IMG/VR virus record: IMGVR_UViG_3300032770_000019
Location: 8,495 to 72,494 of that record
Length of the DNA: 64,000 nt
Reading direction: 5' to 3' (one strand)
Source: a virus
Shown here: positions 59,907-64,000 of the stretch, piece by piece
How the letters are laid out: each line of letters starts with the position of its first letter
Numbering within the stretch: the first letter of the stretch is position 1
The notes under the pieces: model-generated
The model's input: the letters and a program-made list of their open reading frames with translations, nothing else
What the model was told of the DNA's origin: nothing
Databases searched by the model: none
Position numbers and translations under genes: made by a program

Positions 59907-60548
59907 TCACCCGGCTGAGGCGGCGGCTCGTTCGAGTCGTTGGTCCCAGTGTCCGGTTGCTTGTTGGGCTTTTCGGAAATCGGCTTGCGAGAATTGGTAG
60001 TCACCGAGATACTCCAATGCAGTAACGCGCTTGGAACCGAAGTTCGGATGCGCATAGACCTTTACGGTTCCGGTATCCATATCGACAACTTGCACGGCTA
60101 GAAGGGGCTGCAAACCAGCGACGCGTACGGCAGTATATTTGCGTTCCAGCTCTTCCTTCTTAATAGCCGTCTTCTGGTTCTTAGCGTTAACGTTAAGCGT
60201 CTTTAGCTCGCCACCGTACCTCGAATCCAGCCTAAAATCGAGCGGAGTTTGTCGTGAGGTACGCTTACCCCTTACCTTAGCGTGGGCAATAGGTGAGTAA
60301 GGCTGATGAAAGCGAGCTTCAAGTAGCTGAGCTCCCTTGGTACGAAACAGCTCTTCGAAGGTATCACCGATCTCTGTTTTACCCATCGGAGCCCCAGTAC
60401 TCGGGTGTCGAAACTGTGACGGTGTCTGAACGGGAGCACGCGAACCGGGGTTAATTCGCCTAGCTGTCCTTCCGTGTCGAACAATCGGCGAACCGATCGG
60501 TTCCTTGTAGAAGGCTTCACCGGCTGCTGTTCTAACGTGCTCGACCAT
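59907..60548 (-). CDS. Tagged PD-(D/E)XK restriction-endonuclease-like protein
   Basis: N-terminal HVRTAAGEAFYKEPIGSPI; GDTFEELF...PLDF...GELKT core. Confidence 0.6.
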   Translation of the reverse strand: MVEHVRTAAGEAFYKEPIGSPIVRHGRTARRINPGSRAPVQTPSQFRHPSTGAPMGKTEIGDTFEELFRTKGAQLLEARFHQPYSPIAHAKVRGKRTSRQTPLDFRLDSRYGGELKTLNVNAKNQKTAIKKEELERKYTAVRVAGLQPLLAVQVVDMDTGTVKVYAHPNFGSKRVTALEYLGDYQFSQADFRKAQQATGHWDQRLERAAASAG

Positions 60549-60549
60549 T

Positions 60550-60915
60550 TTAGACCGCCGCGATTTCCAGCGGCCCGTACTGAGAGGTCCGCTTCTTCGA
60601 ATTGAGATATACGTCAAGGCGATACCAGGTCACTCCGGACACCGCGTTATCCGTCTCAGGTATTGCTACGGTGCATACACCGTTGGTCGGGTCCGTTAGA
60701 GTAGCGTTATACTGAATAGCCGAGGCGTCCGTATCCGGAACGTACCGCGTACTCTTACGAGTAAACGTAACCGTTGAACCGGTAATGTCTACTGGAGCAT
60801 TGCTGTTATTCGGATCCGTTATGGTAAACGTCAGCGTAGCATCGTTTCCCTGGGAGAGAATAATCCGCGTTTCGATATAACCGAGCGGATCGGAATAACC
60901 GTACGGAGTGCTCAC
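60550..60915 (-). CDS. BppU-like Ig-fold structural protein
   Basis: QGNDATLTFTITD..PVDITGSTVTF...TDPTNG...WYRLDV. Confidence 0.65.
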   Translation of the reverse strand: MSTPYGYSDPLGYIETRIILSQGNDATLTFTITDPNNSNAPVDITGSTVTFTRKSTRYVPDTDASAIQYNATLTDPTNGVCTVAIPETDNAVSGVTWYRLDVYLNSKKRTSQYGPLEIAAV

Positions 60916-62612
60916 TGAATGGTCACCTCCGATGTTAGAGAGTTATGCAGTCCGAACGAGAGTAGCCTATCAGCTACCGAAGTGCTATAAAGTACTCCGA
61001 TTACCGACAAGCTTTGAAGCGAATCGATATATACGTCTGAGTTGATAAAGTTCGGCAGGCTATTCGCAGAGAATACCTGTACGCCGATAACAAGCAAGCC
61101 GGTACCACTCAGTGCTACCGCTGCACCTACGTTAATAAGCGAACCGGCAACGAATAGCCCACTACCGGATAGTGCTAGCGCTCCCGAAACGCCTACGGAG
61201 CCGCCAGCGACGAAAGTACCTATGCCGGTAAGCGTAACTGCCGCTGGTATGCCGATAATTGAACCGGCGACAAAGACACCCGTACCCGCAAGTGCTAGCG
61301 ATCGCGGAACGTTAATACTAGCACTTGCGGTAAAGACACCAGTTCCACTGAGTGCTAGGGAATCCTTGAAGGAAACCAGAGCACCAATTGTCAGTGCTCC
61401 AGTTCCGGACCAAGCCGCAGCTGACGATATATTACCGCCAACCTGACCCGCAGCGGTAAAGACGCCCGTGCCGGTTAGCGACATTGCGGCCGGAACGTTT
61501 ATACTAGCTGCTGCGACAAAAGTTCCAAGGCCGGTCAGGGCAAGCCCGGCCGGTACGTTAACTTGCGATCCTGCGACAAATAGACCGGAACCGCTTAGCG
61601 ACAAAGCTGCTGGTACGTTTACCAGCGGACCGGCTACAAATAGTCCCGTTCCACTCAGTGCTAGTGAACGCGGTACATCGATACTAGCACCGGCAGTGAA
61701 TACGCCACTACCAGTCCAGGAAGCTGATACCGGAATCGGTCCTGCCACGCCAGCTGCTGCCGTGAATGTACCCGTACCACTTAGTGCTAGCGAAGCCGGT
61801 ACGTTAACAACGGCGGCTAGCGTTAGCGTACCGGTACCAGTTAGAGCGAGTGCCGCTGGTACGTTTACTAGTGCGCCTGCGGTAAAGGTTCCGATACCGG
61901 TAAACGCAGCTGCCGCTGGTACGTTTACTTTACCTGACGCAGTGAAAGCTCCGGTACCCGTCCACGAAGCCGCAGCCGGTACGTTTACCTTCGCACCTGC
62001 GGTAAAGCTTCCGGTACCGGTAAGTACTAGCGCTCCGGGTATATTAACGGTAGCAGGAGCCGGTGCCCTTCCCGGAACGAATCCTGGCTGCATAATTCCC
62101 GGAACTGCTGAACCGAATGCCGATTGTGCTACTACCGGCACGCCAACGAATACTTCATCGAAGTAGCCTACCTGCGAAGCTGAACCGGCGGTGAAAGCGG
62201 GATATACTCGAACTACGGTAGTTCCGCCCGGTGCGACTACGTTGCTACCTGCGAATACTTGCGTCCAAGCGTTCTGCGTTAGCGGAGTGGCTGAGCCGGT
62301 TACCGTAGATCCGTACGTTGTACCGGCGTACCAGTCGAACGCAAGCGTTGCCGACAGACCCGAAACGGTAACGTAGATCCAAGTATAGACCGTGTAAGCC
62401 GTACCGGCTACAACCGTAGCATAGCCGCCACTATTCGGAAACGAACTACAAGCCCCAGCTGCCGTTGCTGTGAGTGCCCCCGAATGCGTACCGTCCTTAG
62501 CATAGGCGGTCGATTGAACACACGAGGAGCAGTTTGTACCGACTCCCCACGCCGATATATCGGTCTCCATCGACTCCGCATTGTAGGAGAGCAGGTTACC
62601 CGGTATAGCCAC
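60912..62612 (-). CDS. Fibre-like virion protein: CBM-like head plus about 20-aa tandem repeats
   Basis: GNLLSYNAESMET..SAW...YFDEV followed by many VNVPAALALTGTGTFTAGA-type repeats. Confidence 0.75.
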   Translation of the reverse strand: MAIPGNLLSYNAESMETDISAWGVGTNCSSCVQSTAYAKDGTHSGALTATAAGACSSFPNSGGYATVVAGTAYTVYTWIYVTVSGLSATLAFDWYAGTTYGSTVTGSATPLTQNAWTQVFAGSNVVAPGGTTVVRVYPAFTAGSASQVGYFDEVFVGVPVVAQSAFGSAVPGIMQPGFVPGRAPAPATVNIPGALVLTGTGSFTAGAKVNVPAAASWTGTGAFTASGKVNVPAAAAFTGIGTFTAGALVNVPAALALTGTGTLTLAAVVNVPASLALSGTGTFTAAAGVAGPIPVSASWTGSGVFTAGASIDVPRSLALSGTGLFVAGPLVNVPAALSLSGSGLFVAGSQVNVPAGLALTGLGTFVAAASINVPAAMSLTGTGVFTAAGQVGGNISSAAAWSGTGALTIGALVSFKDSLALSGTGVFTASASINVPRSLALAGTGVFVAGSIIGIPAAVTLTGIGTFVAGGSVGVSGALALSGSGLFVAGSLINVGAAVALSGTGLLVIGVQVFSANSLPNFINSDVYIDSLQSLSVIGVLYSTSVADRLLSFGLHNSLTSEVTIQ

Positions 62613-63181
62613 TAGGTACCTTCTCTCCGCTTAAATCCGCCTATAAAGTCGATTGCCGGCTGACGTGCTCCTATCGCTCCGGCTTCGACAGCCTGGTACG
62701 GGTGCAAATGGCGCACCTCGCCGTGAACGTGTGGCGAAAGTCCGTAAAGCTTAGTTAGCAGGTGTGCAATCCGACAGTCGAGTTCACCGTAGGTAGCATG
62801 AGGCGTATTACACGTTTCGCACGGCTCTCTTAGTACGTGGTACTCGAAGTCGAACTTTCGCTGGAGCTCAGCGGAAAAGCGAACGCAACCGAGACACGTA
62901 TCGCACATTCGCGTCCACGGCGGAGCAAAAATCTCGTACGCATAAGTACACCACGGTTGCGAGCACTCGGTAAACGAAGGAATTACCTCAGCGGTTATCT
63001 CGTTATCCGGCTCGATAATTACTAGGTCGCTACCCTTGCTCCAGCGGGAGGCTATCGCTTTACCATATGCAAACGGGTCACCGGCTACATTAACGTAATC
63101 AACCGGTGGCGCATACTTAGCTAGGGCTTCCGCGGTATTCGCTTGAATTGCTCCGACGTGGCAGCAAAGGACGGTGACCAT
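62612..63181 (-). CDS. Possible glycosyltransferase in the structural operon
   Basis: DLVIIEPDN, LGCVRFS, ELDCRI, VRHLH; ATG overlaps the upstream TAA. Confidence 0.5.
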   Translation of the reverse strand: MVTVLCCHVGAIQANTAEALAKYAPPVDYVNVAGDPFAYGKAIASRWSKGSDLVIIEPDNEITAEVIPSFTECSQPWCTYAYEIFAPPWTRMCDTCLGCVRFSAELQRKFDFEYHVLREPCETCNTPHATYGELDCRIAHLLTKLYGLSPHVHGEVRHLHPYQAVEAGAIGARQPAIDFIGGFKRREGT

Positions 63182-64000
63182 TAAGCTGCCCGGTATGCTA
63201 GCGGCCCCGGAACGACTACGGAGTTCTGCGTACTTGTCGTACTCCACTTAGCGGTCAGTACCAGCGGACCGCCTCCCGGAGAAGCTGTTAGTCCGGTAAC
63301 GGCGGAGGCGCTGGAGGCCACTCCGGTTCCTACCGAGGTGGCACCGTTGATACCGAACCAGAAGTTGAGGTTCGCGATTGCCGACGTAGCAGTGATAAAG
63401 GTTACGGTACCGTTAACATCGAAAGGCCGCGCAACGGACATTGAGCTGGTTAGCGCCGAGCAGTTAGTACCGGAAACTAGCGCTAGAAGCGAGGTACCCG
63501 AAACGCCTCCCCAGCGGAGCGTCCACGTAATTGTCGGGTTAGAGGTTAGCTGAATCGTTCCGGTAGCAACTAGTTCGAAGGTCGTTCCGGCAACAACCTC
63601 TCCAGCTACCGGCTGGTACGTGCAGACAACGCTTTCGGTTGTAGTTCCGTGAACACTTACCGGGGAAGTAATAGCTCCCGTAGCTTGCTTAAGCTTCGTT
63701 AGATCGCCAGCTGAGACGATTTGCACGAATGTTGCACCGGCTGCATGCGTAACCGGAGTAGTGCTTTCAGCTCCTCTGGTTACGGTAGCAACGTTACCGC
63801 TTACGCTGGTTACGTAGATTAGCTCCGTTGGCGCTGCCGGGTCAGCGATTGTAAACTGCGTAGGCGGTACTGCCGTACTACTAGCTACCGGAAAGCCCGA
63901 AAGTGAAGTGAACGTCCAGCCGGTCTCGCTAGTACCCGATGACGGAGTATCCGCCGTTGCTGAACCGTTATAACCGTTCGTAGCAATGGTCGTTGACGGA
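63181..64000 (-). CDS. Tail-fibre-like structural protein (5' end outside the window)
   Basis: The frame stays open to the edge: GFPVASSTAVPPTQF.IADPAAPTELI.VT..SG...TVTRGAESTTPVTHAAG. Confidence 0.7.
   Translation of the reverse strand, partial: PSTTIATNGYNGSATADTPSSGTSETGWTFTSLSGFPVASSTAVPPTQFTIADPAAPTELIYVTSVSGNVATVTRGAESTTPVTHAAGATFVQIVSAGDLTKLKQATGAITSPVSVHGTTTESVVCTYQPVAGEVVAGTTFELVATGTIQLTSNPTITWTLRWGGVSGTSLLALVSGTNCSALTSSMSVARPFDVNGTVTFITATSAIANLNFWFGINGATSVGTGVASSASAVTGLTASPGGGPLVLTAKWSTTSTQNSVVVPGPLAYRAA

Noticed and set aside
61042-62376. Plus-strand repetitive ORFs
   Set aside because: Antisense shadows of the minus-strand repeat fibre gene.
1-64000. tRNA genes, integrase/att site, reverse transcriptase or introns
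   Set aside because: No cloverleaf, recombinase or RT motifs or interrupted core genes recognised by eye; tRNAscan and HMM searches would be needed to exclude them fully.

Overview
The whole window is part of a tailed dsDNA phage genome (siphovirus-like, roughly 55-58% GC by eye). The host is very probably a filamentous actinomycete, judging by DUF397, a DUF1906 lysin, an Rpf-like gene, GGAGGTGA Shine-Dalgarno sites and TTGACA-N17/18-TAnnnT promoters. The left end holds the terminase genes on the minus strand, with TerL cut by the window edge. From 1.5 to 40 kb, plus-strand early and replication genes include an SNF2 helicase, Cas4/RecB-like nuclease, DEDDh exonuclease, MazG, Prim-Pol and D5/P4 helicase followed by an iteron/inverted-repeat origin candidate, a Dda/RecD-like helicase, ParB, AAA ATPase, resolvases and SSB. 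They also include a 7-deazaguanine DNA-modification cluster (queD, queE, folE, divergent TGT/DpdA-like gene, Gat-QueC with a degenerate glutaminase domain) coupled to a UDG-PolA fusion and an Nmad1 gene. From 40 to 64 kb, minus-strand lysis/cell-wall, tail, head and fibre genes follow. I recognised no portal, integrase, tRNA or CRISPR array. The most notable observations are the atypical deazaguanine operon, strong over-representation of CCAGCGG/CCGCTGG, three covarying RNA stems in front of ribosome-binding sites, head-region proteins sharing an N-terminal tag (one fused to a restriction-like nuclease), and a stand-alone multi-repeat DUF397. All family calls come from motif recognition by eye, not database searches.
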